A stretch of 63,904 bases of DNA, the filler included, from an uncultured Gemmatimonadota bacterium (GTDB lineage Bacteria > GCA-2686955): the NCBI GenBank assembly GCA_964490075.1. It is 3 parts of 3 records of this genome, joined end to end, with 100 filler letters (N's around TTAATTAATTAA, not from the genome) between each part and the next. Parts side by side here need not be neighbours in the genome. Positions count along the whole stretch, not along the records: positions 28,793 to 56,077 come from CAZBBK010000074.1; positions 56,178 to 63,904 come from CAZBBK010000109.1; 1 more part is not named here. The stretch is one strand, 5' to 3'. The stretch's first letter is position 1; every line of letters begins with the position of its first letter. The notes beneath the pieces are model-generated. The model was given only the letters and a program-made list of their open reading frames with translations, did no database searches and was not told the origin of the DNA. This document shows positions 50,883 to 60,532 of this stretch, piece by piece. Both the position numbers and the translations under genes were made by a program.

Positions 50883-52063
50883 ACGGCCCAGGGGGCCCAG
50901 GCGGCCGGTCGCCACGGCCCGCCCGCGGCGCAGCCGTGCAACACCTCGTAGGCCACGGGCACCGTGGTCGCCAGCACGAAGGGCCAGGCCCACCCGGCGA
51001 GGGCGGCGAAGGGTAGGAGCCAGAGCACGTACCAGGGATGCACCACCGGCGATCCGAGGATCAGCAGCGCCAGCAGCGCTGCGGCCGCGGCGACCGGAGG
51101 CACGCGCCGCGCCCAGACGATGGCCGCCCCGAGAACGAGCGCGGCGACCAGCAGCCAGCGGGCCGCGGCCTCCCCCGCGGCCAGTGCCAGCAGCGGGTGG
51201 AGGGCGCCGTTGAAGCGCCACGTCGTGGCGTAGACCGAGAGTCCCTCGAAAAGTCGAGCCCCGGCGCCGGCGAAGGGGAGGTAGCAGAGCGCCGTCAAGG
51301 CGAGGGCCGCCACCGCCGCCCTCCACCCTTGGCGTCGGGCCAGGGCGGGGAGCAGCAGAACGCCGAGCATCTTGGTGGCGATCGCCGCGGCCGTCGCGGC
51401 GCTGGCCGCGATCGCTCGGGAGCCGGGTCGCTGCGCCAGCAGGGCTCCGGCCAATGTCCAGAAGAGCGCCACGGAGTCGACGTGGCCGTTGCCGGCGCTC
51501 TCGATCGCGGCCAGGGGGCACCAGCCGTAGAGCAGCGCCGCGCGGCGCCCGCTGTTCCCGCCGCCGACCAGCAGCAGCATGACGATGCCGAGGCTGAACA
51601 GGCCGCTGATCGCCTTCATCGCCCAGGGGGAATGCCAGAGCTTGTCGACGCCCCGGAAGAGCAGCTGCGCCAGGGGTGGATAGATGGTTCGGATCGACTT
51701 GTGATTGACGGCCCGCCACAGCGGGTCGCGCAGGGGTTCCAGGGCGGCATCGTCGGGAGGGTGGAGGAAGGGACTGATTCCGGCGGACTGCACGCGTCCG
51801 TCCCACAGATAGCGGTAGAGATCATCCGAAAGCGTGGGGGGAGCGACCCACTGCAAGAGATGTGCGGCGAGCGCCACGAGGAGGATCGCCCGCGCGCCGG
51901 GCGGGGCCATCGAGCGCTCGAGCCAGCGCAGCGGAACCAGCGAAGCGAGGAGTGCGACAGCGATCCAGGCCGCGATCGGAGCCCCATGCCAGGCCAGGGC
52001 CGCCAGCGCCGCTTGCAGCAGGATCAGCGCTGTGGCGAGGAGCGCGACTCGGCGGACCCTCAG
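50789..52063 (-). CDS. GT-C polyprenol-phosphate-sugar glycosyltransferase (GT87/DUF2029-like)
   Basis: SDDLYRYLWDG, TIYPPLAQ, GNGHVD, WRFNG and PVVHPWY. The frame is open and hydrophobic up to a CTG at 52063. The first ATG is at 51910. Confidence 0.82.
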   Translation of the reverse strand: MRVRRVALLATALILLQAALAALAWHGAPIAAWIAVALLASLVPLRWLERSMAPPGARAILLVALAAHLLQWVAPPTLSDDLYRYLWDGRVQSAGISPFLHPPDDAALEPLRDPLWRAVNHKSIRTIYPPLAQLLFRGVDKLWHSPWAMKAISGLFSLGIVMLLLVGGGNSGRRAALLYGWCPLAAIESAGNGHVDSVALFWTLAGALLAQRPGSRAIAASAATAAAIATKMLGVLLLPALARRQGWRAAVAALALTALCYLPFAGAGARLFEGLSVYATTWRFNGALHPLLALAAGEAAARWLLVAALVLGAAIVWARRVPPVAAAAALLALLILGSPVVHPWYVLWLLPFAALAGWAWPFVLATTVPVAYEVLHGCAAGGPWRPAAWAPWAVYLPVLACALWEWRRSARGRPSSGRRLVKPT

Positions 52064-54153
52064 AATTCCAGTCCCAGAGGCTCATCCGCGGCGGGCGCGC
52101 TCAGCTCGGCGGTCTCGGTGAGGGGGTGGCGGCAGGCGAGCGTGGGCTCGCTGCCGGGAAGGAAGACCTCGGAGCGGCTCGAAGGACAGTGCACGCCGCG
52201 CCGCTGCCCGGTCACCGGGCAGATCTCCGCCGAGACCACGCCGTCCGGCACCGGGAAGTCGAGCACCGCTTTCCCCTGCAACGCCCGCTTCATGAACTCG
52301 GTCCAGATCGGCAGCGCGACCACGCTGCCGGCCTGCTTCTTGCCGAGCGTGGTGCGGTCATCGAAGCCGACCCAGACGCCGGCCAGCAGCTCCGGCGTGA
52401 AGCCCATGAACCAGGCGTCGACGTAATCGTCGGTGGTGCCGGTCTTGCCGGCGGCCGGTCGCTTGAATCCCCAGGCCCGGGCCGGCTTGCCCGTCCCCTC
52501 CTCCATCACCGAGCGCAGCAGACTGGTGACCAGGTAGGCGATCGGCTCGCTGAGCACCGCCCGGCGCCGCGGGCCGTGCTCCTCGAGCACCCGGCCGGAG
52601 GCGTCTTCGACGCGAACGACTCCGTAGGGTTCCACCAGCACGCCGCTGTTGGCCAGGGCGGTGTAGACCCGCACCATCTCCCAGAGCGTGATATCGCCCG
52701 CACCGATCGCCAGCGAGGGGACCGGCGGCAGCGGCGACTCGATGCCGAGCGAGCGCGCCAGCGCCACGATCGGTTCGATGCCGATGTCGAGCGCCAGGCG
52801 GATCGTCGCCAGGTTGCGTGAGAGCATCAGTCCGGTGCGCAGGGTGATCGGCCCCAGGAAGGTCCGGTCGTAGTTGTGCGGCTCCCACAGCTCGTCGCTG
52901 CCGGTGTCCATCACGATCGGGCCGTCGAGCACGATATCGGCGGCGGTACGTCCGAGCTGGAACGCGGTCGCCATGACGATCGGCTTGAAGAGCGAGCCGA
53001 CCTGGCGCGGGGCCTGGACCGCGCGATTGAACTGCGATTCGGTGAAGTCCCGGCTGCCGACCAGGGCCAGCAGTCGGCCGCTGTGCGGATCGACCGCCAT
53101 CAGCGCCCCCTGCACATAGGGGCTGTAGTTGCCGCCGAAGGTCTCCCCGGCCTCGATCCGTTCCAGGTAGGAGGCGCGTGAGACCTCGTACTCCTTGCGG
53201 GTCTCCTGAGTGGCGAGCCCCTTCTCCAGCTCCTCCTGGGCGGCGGCCTGCAGATCGGCATCGATGGTGGTGAAGATCCGCAGTCCACCCTGGTGGACCA
53301 GCGCCGAGCCGTAGATCGGCTCCAGGCGCCGCCGCACCCACTCGGCGACGTGGGGGGCACGGCTCTGGTGTCGCGGACTGGGATCGAGCTCGAGCGGAGT
53401 CGCGCCGATCTCGCGGGCCGACTCGGCATCGAGGCGCCCGAAGGCGACCATCGACGCCAACACCGTGCGGCGACGGTCGACGGCGGCGTCGGGATGGAGG
53501 ATCGGCGAGAACGATCCGGGATTGCCGGGCAGCCCCACCAGCAACGCGGCCTCGGCCAGAGAGAGCTCCTCGACATGCTTGGAGAAGAAGCGCAGGGCGG
53601 CGGCCTCGACGCCGTAGGCGCCGTGACCGAAGTAGATCTGGTTGAGGTAACGCTCCAGGATCTCGTCCTTGGAATAGGTCCGCTCGATCTTCAAGGCGAG
53701 CAGCGCCTCTTTGATCTTGCGCGACCAGACCCGCTCGTGCGTCAGGAAGAGGTTGCGCGCCAGCTGCTGAGTGATCGTACTGCCGCCCTGCCGGGTCGCC
53801 CCCTCCCGCAGGTCGCTGAGCGCGGCCCCGGCGATGCGGTGGAAGTCGATGCCGGTGTGCTCGTAGAACTTGCGGTCCTCGGTGGCGATCAGGGCGTCGA
53901 TCAGATGCTGGGGGATGCGATCGAGCGACACCAGGAGCCGTTTCTCTTCGAAGAACTCGCCGAGCACGGTCTCCTCATCGGCGGCATAGACCTTGGAGAC
54001 CAGCGAGGGGCGGTGGCCCTCGACTTCGGCCAGCGAGGGCAGGCCTTGCAGGTAGACCACCAGGAAGCCGGCGCCCACGCCGCCCAAGAGAGCGACCAGG
54101 GCGAAGAGGCTCAGAGCGATCCAGAAGCGAAGGCGTGGGTTCTTCGCGCTCAT
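52060..54153 (-). CDS. mrcA: Bifunctional penicillin-binding protein 1A family
   Basis: Transglycosylase motifs EDRKFYEH, GGSTITQQ, RKIKE and YLNQIYFG. Transpeptidase motifs SLFK, SRN and KTGTT. N-terminal TM anchor. Confidence 0.95.
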   Translation of the reverse strand: MSAKNPRLRFWIALSLFALVALLGGVGAGFLVVYLQGLPSLAEVEGHRPSLVSKVYAADEETVLGEFFEEKRLLVSLDRIPQHLIDALIATEDRKFYEHTGIDFHRIAGAALSDLREGATRQGGSTITQQLARNLFLTHERVWSRKIKEALLALKIERTYSKDEILERYLNQIYFGHGAYGVEAAALRFFSKHVEELSLAEAALLVGLPGNPGSFSPILHPDAAVDRRRTVLASMVAFGRLDAESAREIGATPLELDPSPRHQSRAPHVAEWVRRRLEPIYGSALVHQGGLRIFTTIDADLQAAAQEELEKGLATQETRKEYEVSRASYLERIEAGETFGGNYSPYVQGALMAVDPHSGRLLALVGSRDFTESQFNRAVQAPRQVGSLFKPIVMATAFQLGRTAADIVLDGPIVMDTGSDELWEPHNYDRTFLGPITLRTGLMLSRNLATIRLALDIGIEPIVALARSLGIESPLPPVPSLAIGAGDITLWEMVRVYTALANSGVLVEPYGVVRVEDASGRVLEEHGPRRRAVLSEPIAYLVTSLLRSVMEEGTGKPARAWGFKRPAAGKTGTTDDYVDAWFMGFTPELLAGVWVGFDDRTTLGKKQAGSVVALPIWTEFMKRALQGKAVLDFPVPDGVVSAEICPVTGQRRGVHCPSSRSEVFLPGSEPTLACRHPLTETAELSAPAADEPLGLEF

Positions 54154-54415
54154 CGGCCGTGTACTCCTTGGGTTTCGGGTCCCCGTGCTCGACTCGATAC
54201 GCTCCGCGGGCGGGTGGGTCTCAGGGTCGGGGGAGAAGACGCCGCCAAGGGTAGTGCAGCGCTCGACCCGGCGCGACAGGCCTGGACTGGGTCCGACCGG
54301 GCACTGCGCCAGAGTCCGCTGCGCACTGCGCGATATCGCTCTGCCGGCAGCGCAGCGAATCCGGCGACTGCGGCGCAAGTGTCTGTAAGGAAAGGAGTCA
54401 GGCTCTCCATCGTGC

Positions 54416-54431
54416 TGGCACCAACCTTGCA
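54416..54431 (+). promoter_or_regulatory. Sigma54 (-24/-12) promoter
   Basis: TGGCAC-CAACC-TTGCA, an exact TGGCAC-N5-TTGCW match, intergenic and facing 54616. Confidence 0.75.
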
Positions 54432-54615
54432 TTTCGTGAAGGCGCACCTATTCACCGATCCGGAATGCTCGCGTTCGGGGAGCTCTCCGAGCGAATCCCG
54501 GCGGGCGGGCCGGGGTCAGGAGCCGCCCCTCGCCGGGGTGGTTCGGCGCCGCGCCATCCGGATCGCCAACCGGGGGCGCGCCGCGGCGCGCGATCATCGG
54601 ACGAGCTGAATCGAA

Positions 54616-54936
54616 ATGGGCTCCGTGCAAGACAAGAGGGCGAAGGTCGAGCCGGCCCGCGCTGAGGTGCGGGTGCAAGGCTATGTGCGCCACCTGATCA
54701 CCGGCGCTGGCGTGGCGAACGCGATCGTGACCCTGGCCGACGCCGCGGATCATCCGCTGGCGACCACCGAGACCATGGAAAACCACCACCGCACTGGCTA
54801 CTACGAGATCAAGCTGGACCGGTCGGTGTTGGGAGTGCACAGGATCGATGTCGCAAAACCCGGGCTGCTGGGGGCATCAAGGCGGGTCGAGCTGACCGGG
54901 AGCGGCCAGTACGACGTGAGCTTCAGCGTCGTTTGA
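54616..54936 (+). CDS. Small carboxypeptidase-regulatory-like (prealbumin-fold) domain protein
   Basis: VQGYVRHLITGAGVANAIVTL...GYYEI...IDVAKPG pattern. Confidence 0.6.
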   Translation: MGSVQDKRAKVEPARAEVRVQGYVRHLITGAGVANAIVTLADAADHPLATTETMENHHRTGYYEIKLDRSVLGVHRIDVAKPGLLGASRRVELTGSGQYDVSFSVV

Positions 54937-55233
54937 GCGTTGGTGGCCGGGGGGGGGGGGGCGCCCCCCCAATGGGTGAAGACGGGCATCTCGTACCAGG
55001 GCTTTCCGCCGGGCGGCTCTTGGGGGGTTTGGCTGTGGGGGGGGGGGGGGGGGGCGCGCCCCCCAAGTGGTTGCGTCTCGCGAACTTGGTGGCGCGCGGC
55101 AAAAAAGAGAGCCGGGATGGTCGTTTTTTGGGGTTGACCGCGGTGGGGGACCGCCCCTACGCTGCGCCTCCCGCTCGAGAGAAGGTCGCTCCGCAAGGCG
55201 CGACTGGAAGGGCAAAAGAGTTCGAGAAAGAGC

Positions 55234-55263
55234 TTGACGGTCAAGAAAGCACTCCGATAAGCT
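55234..55263 (+). promoter_or_regulatory. Putative rRNA operon promoter
   Basis: TTGACG, 18-nt spacer, TAAGCT, with an A-rich upstream tract. Confidence 0.55.
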
Positions 55264-55284
55264 CCGACCTCTTGGCCCAAAAAA

Positions 55285-55337
55285 GCCCTCGAAGGGCGGC
55301 CAGCCTCGCAAGAGGCCCCACAGATCTTTTGACAGTT
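55285..55337 (+). promoter_or_regulatory. rrn antitermination boxB-like hairpins and boxA-like element
   Basis: GCCC-TCGAA-GGGC and GCCTC-GCAA-GAGGC hairpins followed by GATCTTTTGACA (boxA-like). Confidence 0.55.
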
Positions 55338-55480
55338 TGATAGCGTGCAGCGAGCTCCTAAGTCATGTCGCTGTGTTCGACTTCGGTCGAGCAGCGGCCT
55401 TTGAGAGACGGCACAGACACAAGTCTGTGACCAAACTTATTGCGGCACAACCGTCCGTAAGAAGCGGGGATGAACAGAGT

Positions 55481-55610
55481 GCGAGCGCCAACGGCGCGAG
55501 CAGTCTGGACCGTCCCAGCCATTGGGGCGATCGAACCGCGAACGTCGAAAGCGCAAGCAGCCTACACCGACCCAGCCAATGGGTCGATCAAGCTGCGAAC
55601 GCCGAAGGCG
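55481..55610 (+). repeat. 57-nt tandem repeat (2 copies plus a partial third) in the 16S leader
   Basis: Units start at 55481, 55538 and 55595. Units 1 and 2 match at 42/57 positions by hand alignment, and each contains a 7-bp hairpin. Confidence 0.8.
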
Positions 55611-55669
55611 GTCGCCAGCTTCAATCGACCCGATTGTTACGGCGGAACGCCCGCAATAATCGAGATTCC

Positions 55670-56077
<408 letters not shown>

Positions 56078-56177
56078 NNNNNNNNNNNNNNNNNNNNNNN
56101 NNNNNNNNNNNNNNNNNNNNNTTAATTAATTAANNNNNNNNNNNNNNNNNNNNNNNNNNNNNNNNNNNNNNNNNNNN
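56078..56177. other. Artificial contig spacer
   Basis: 44 N + TTAATTAATTAA + 44 N. Confidence 0.98.
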
Positions 56178-56402
56178 CAGGCCGCCGTTGTTGTTCAGGT
56201 GCCCGATGTTGCCGCCGTTGCCGTTGATCATCCCGATCAGGCCGCCGTTGTTGTTCAGGTGGCCGAGCAGCCCGCCGTTGCCGCCCATCAGGCCGATGTA
56301 GCCGCCGTTGCCGCCCATCAGGCCGATGTAGCCGCCGTTGCCGCCCAGGAAGCCGATGAAGCCGCCGTTGTTGTTCAGCTGGCCGATCAGCCCGCCGGCG
56401 TT
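56178..56402 (-). repeat. 30-nt coding tandem repeat, at least 7.5 copies
   Basis: (G/C)CCGCCGTTG recurs every 30 nt from 56181 to 56361. It encodes (N/G)-N-G-G-h-h-G-x-h-(N/G), where h is mostly hydrophobic. Confidence 0.92.
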
Positions 56403-57803
56403 GCGCAGCTCGAAAGAGAGCAGATCGAGCACGATCTCCTCGATGACGGCCACCGCCAGCTCGCCCCGGGTCACGGCCGGCTCCGGGTTCCATCCCTCGA
56501 GCTCGTCGAGGGCGAGGAGCGGCACGTCGGCGCCGAGCGCGGCGATCGGATCGATCAGGCCGGCGCCGGAGAAGAGGTCCCATCCTTCGCGGCCGAAGTC
56601 GGCGGCGCTCGCCTCGATCAGGTTGCGCACCGCCAGCGGATCGCTGACACCCTGGGAGACCAGCAGCGCGGCCAGCGCGGCGACGTGCGGCGCCGCCTGG
56701 CTGGTGCCGGCGGCCCAGCCGTAGCCGACCTGGGTCGGATCGCCGTCGATGATGCAGGCCGAGAGCACGGCCGACTCGGCCTCGCCGCGCAGCCCGCCGG
56801 GGGCCACCACGTCGATGCCGCGACCGAAGTTGGAGTAGCGGGCCAGCGTCGTCTCGGGGCCGACCGAGCCGACCGCGATCACCTCGTTATAGGCGGCGGG
56901 GAAAGGGATCGCCCGCAGGCCGAGGTTGCCGGTGCTGGCGACGATCACCACGCCGGCCTCCCAGGCTTCACGGACCGTCTCGGCGAGGATCGCGCCGGGG
57001 CGGTAGCCGGGAGTGAAGGAGAGAGAGAGGTTGATGACGTCGGCGCCGAACTCGACCGCGTGGTCGATGCCGGCGACCAGGTTGGCCAGGGTGCCGATCC
57101 CCTCGTGATCGAGCACCCGCACCGGCATGATCGCCGTGTTCGGGGCGACGCCGAGGATGCCTTCGCCATTCTCGGCGCCGGCGGCGATGATCCCGGCCAC
57201 GTGCGTGCCGTGGAAGAGCTCGTCGTCGGGGTAGCGGTCGCGATCGACGAAGTCGACCGGCGCCACGAAGTGGGTGTGGACCAGGTCGGGGTGCTGGACC
57301 GCGGAGCCGTCCGGGGCGTTGCGCCAGGCGACGCCGGAGTCGAGGATGGCGACCACGACGTCCTCTGAGCCGTAGCCGGCGACCGCGTGCGCGCCCTCGG
57401 CGTCGATCAGGTCGAGGTTCCACTGCAGATCGCGGTGGGGATCGAAGCGGCCGCTGGCCAGCGAGCCGCCGTCGGAGGCCATCAGGGCGTTGGGGGCCGC
57501 CGCGGCGACCCGGTCATCGCTGCTCAGCTCGGCGAGCAGCGCCTGAAAGCGCTCCGCGTTCGGCGCGTCGGCCGCGACCAGCAGCCAGTTGCCGGCGCCG
57601 ATGGCGCGCGGCGTGTCGAGCCCGTGGTCGGCCAAGAGCTCGCCGATCTGCTCGGCGTGGCGCGACGCGACCGGGCGGATCAGGACCTCGTCGGCCACCA
57701 CCGGCACCGAGCCCCCTTCGGCCTCGATGGCGATGGTCGGATTGGCCATCGCGGCGCCAGCGATCGTCAGCGCCGTCAGCAGTGTGTAGTGGAGAGCGGT
57801 CAT
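56178..57803 (-). CDS. Secreted S8 subtilase with C-terminal Gly/Asn-rich decapeptide repeats (3' end cut by contig break)
   Basis: GGAGG RBS, signal peptide and propeptide. Catalytic triad VAILDSG, FHGTHVAG and GTSQAAPHV; oxyanion Asn in ASTGN. Confidence 0.93.
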
Positions 57804-57846
57804 GGTGTCCTCCCGCGCGGGGTGAATGATTGTGCGAAGGTTGAAC

Positions 57847-57863
57847 AGCAAGCCGCGGGCCAA
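57847..57863 (-). promoter_or_regulatory. Sigma54 (-24/-12) promoter for the subtilase
   Basis: Minus strand TTGGCCCGCGGCTTGCT (TGGC-N7-TTGC), ending 43 nt before the ATG. Confidence 0.7.
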
Positions 57864-57995
57864 TTGCGATCCGGTCGAGGGAGGACGCTCTAATTACAAG
57901 GGAGACAATGACTTGACGACCACAGTTCAGGATCGGAGAGCACTCGGCCCGGGGGGTGGGCTCGATGACACCCACGGGGGCGGATTCCGGCGACG

Positions 57996-58029
57996 ATCTC
58001 GTAACGAGATGATGGTCAATGAGTTACGT
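57996..58029. promoter_or_regulatory. Palindromic operator/UAS candidate
   Basis: Perfect ATCTCGT-A-ACGAGAT, overlapping a CGTAAC...GTTACG inverted pair. Confidence 0.4.
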
Positions 58030-58612
58030 AAAGCGACCGAAAAGGCGGTTTTTCGACCTGGCGGTCGGATTTCCGAGCCCAGAGCCTGGGGCCCGGCCAC
58101 TTCGCCGGGACCCACGACTCGCTGACGTTTCGCTTGAAACTGGACCGAGAAAAAGGGGATGATGCGCCTGTCGCACTCGCGTCATTCGATCGGTCCATCG
58201 AGCCGAGAAGGCGCCGCGGGTGCGGAGTGAAGCGCAGGACGCGCGGGCCATGTCATCCAACTCCCAATCGTCGTCCCTAAAGAAGAGAACGATCCCGCAG
58301 CAAAGCGTTCGCCAGGCGACCGGCCGGCGCCAGCTTCACCCCGGCTAGATCCGATCGACGCGTGACCTCATGTCGCGCGCGCCGCAGGGAGAGCGGGATC
58401 GTCCTTCGCGCATCCGCGATCGGCCCCGCGCCCGTTTCCATCCGCAACCCGTTCGAGGCCACCCCGACCGATCACCACCAGCGCCCTGCTCGCCCGCCCC
58501 AGCGCCGGCTGTCCGCGCCGAGGCCGGCGATCCCAGCGACGGATCCGCCCCGTTCCGACTCGGCGCTCCCCGGCGACCGGCACTCGGAGGCGCGCCGCGA
58601 CAGAGTTCGACC

Positions 58613-60532
58613 ATGAGCAATTCCGAGTCATCCACGACCACCGCGACCGTTCCCGCGGCCGACGCCGCCCCCGGCTCGTCCCAACACCTCAGGGTTTCGG
58701 AGCACATCATCGAGGTGGTCTCCGATTCCGGCGAGGGGGCGCAGAAATGCGGTCAGATCTTCGGCACCGTTTCGGCCAAGATGGGCAACGGGGCCTGGAC
58801 GGTGGAGATCATCCCCGCCGAGATCCAGCCGCCCGCGCGCACCCCAGGCAGCGCCAGCGGCGTGCGCATCCGGATCGGTGAGGAGAAGGTCACCAACTGG
58901 GGCGACAAGACCAACCTGGTGATCGCCTTCAACGAGCAGGTGCTGCTCTCGCGGCACCGCCTCGGCGCCCTGGCCGACGACTGCACGATCCTGGTCGAGT
59001 CGATGTGGGCCGAGCACGACGACGAGCAGATCCGCGCCGAGTGGCAAGCCGCCGTGGAGGAGCTCTCGAGCGCTCACTACCAGATCATTCCGGTGCCGAT
59101 CCACGAGCAGTCCTCGACCGTGGTCGACAATCCCCATCGCGGCAAGAACATGTTCGTGCTGGGTCTGTTCTCGGGGATCTACGGCCGTGAGCTGGAGCTG
59201 GTGCGCGAGCAGATCCGCTACCAGTTCCGCAAGAAGGCGGCGGCGGTGGCCGAGAACAACATCGCCCTCATGGAGCTCGGTGTGCGGTGGGCGTCGGAGA
59301 ACCTGGGCCTGCGCATCGAAGTGCCGACCCGCGAGCCGGAAACGGCCATGGTCGTGATGAACGGCAACCAGGCGGTCGGCATGGGAGCGATCGCGGCCGG
59401 CATGGATCTGTGCGCCATGTATCCGATCACACCGGCCACCTCGGTGTCGCACTACCTGGCGGAGATCTTCGACCAGGTCGGCGGCACGGTGCACCAGGCC
59501 GAGGACGAGATCTCGGCGGTCGGCGCGGCGATCGGCGCTTCCTACGCCGGCAAGGTGGCTTTCACGGTCACTTCGGGGCCGGGGATGGCGCTGAAGACGG
59601 AGTTCCTGGGGCTGGCGGTGATGACCGAAGTGCCGCTGGTGGTGGTCGACGTGCAGCGTGGCGGCCCCAGCACCGGGCTTCCGACCAAGGTCGAGCAGTC
59701 TGATCTGCTGGCGACGATTTACGGCCAGCCGGGCGACGTGCCGAAGGTGGTGATGGCCCCCTCGACCATCGAGGAGTGCTTCCACTCCATGATTACCGCG
59801 CGGCGCATCGCCGAGGCCTTGCGCACCGTGGTCGTGGTGCTGACCGACGCCAACCTGGCGACCGGGGTTCAGCCCTTCCCGCGGCCGCGCCTCGACGTGC
59901 GCTGGCAGGGCGGTCCGCCCGATATGTCGCCGGTCGCCGAGGGTGCGCTGCCCTATGACTGGGACAACGAGCTCGGCCTCGCCGAGCGCTTCGTGCCGGG
60001 GCGCCGGGGCGGCATGCACACCGCCACCGGTCTGGCCCACGACCGCACCAGCAAGATCGACTACAGCCCCGACGTCAACCTGGAAGGCTGCCGGATGCGG
60101 GCGCGCAAGGTCGCGGTGTTCCAGAAGAGCCTGATCGCGCCCCGGGTGCACGGCGAGGAGAGCGGCGATCTCTTGGTCGTCGGCTGGGGATCGACGCGCG
60201 GCGCGATCGAAGAGGCGGCGCAGCGAGCGCGCGACCAAGGGCTCCGGGTGTCGTCCATCCATCTCACCTTCCTGTCGCCGATGCAGCCGGGTCTGAAGGA
60301 AATCCTGTCGCGATTCGAGAAGGTGATGACCGTCGAGATCAACTACAGCGACGATCCGACCGACCCCCACATCACCGAGGAGAACCGGCGCCTGGGCCAA
60401 CTCTGCTGGCTGCTGCGCGCCCACACCTTGGTCGACGTCGACTGCTGGACCAGGGTGCCGGGAGAGCCGCTGAAACCCGGGCAGATTCTCGACGCGATTC
60501 GGGCCAAGCTGGCGAATGGAGCAACGCGATGA
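58613..60532 (+). CDS. korA: 2-oxoacid:ferredoxin oxidoreductase alpha subunit (gamma-alpha fusion)
   Basis: DSGEGAQ, GKNMF, GNQAV, YPITPAT, QAEDEI, TSGPGMALK, QRGGPSTGLPT and GWGST. Confidence 0.93.
   Translation: MSNSESSTTTATVPAADAAPGSSQHLRVSEHIIEVVSDSGEGAQKCGQIFGTVSAKMGNGAWTVEIIPAEIQPPARTPGSASGVRIRIGEEKVTNWGDKTNLVIAFNEQVLLSRHRLGALADDCTILVESMWAEHDDEQIRAEWQAAVEELSSAHYQIIPVPIHEQSSTVVDNPHRGKNMFVLGLFSGIYGRELELVREQIRYQFRKKAAAVAENNIALMELGVRWASENLGLRIEVPTREPETAMVVMNGNQAVGMGAIAAGMDLCAMYPITPATSVSHYLAEIFDQVGGTVHQAEDEISAVGAAIGASYAGKVAFTVTSGPGMALKTEFLGLAVMTEVPLVVVDVQRGGPSTGLPTKVEQSDLLATIYGQPGDVPKVVMAPSTIEECFHSMITARRIAEALRTVVVVLTDANLATGVQPFPRPRLDVRWQGGPPDMSPVAEGALPYDWDNELGLAERFVPGRRGGMHTATGLAHDRTSKIDYSPDVNLEGCRMRARKVAVFQKSLIAPRVHGEESGDLLVVGWGSTRGAIEEAAQRARDQGLRVSSIHLTFLSPMQPGLKEILSRFEKVMTVEINYSDDPTDPHITEENRRLGQLCWLLRAHTLVDVDCWTRVPGEPLKPGQILDAIRAKLANGATR

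Noticed and set aside
55481-55610. CRISPR array interpretation of the 57-nt (or the 30-nt) repeats
   Set aside because: There are no unique spacers between identical repeats and no cas genes. The units are contiguous and degenerate.
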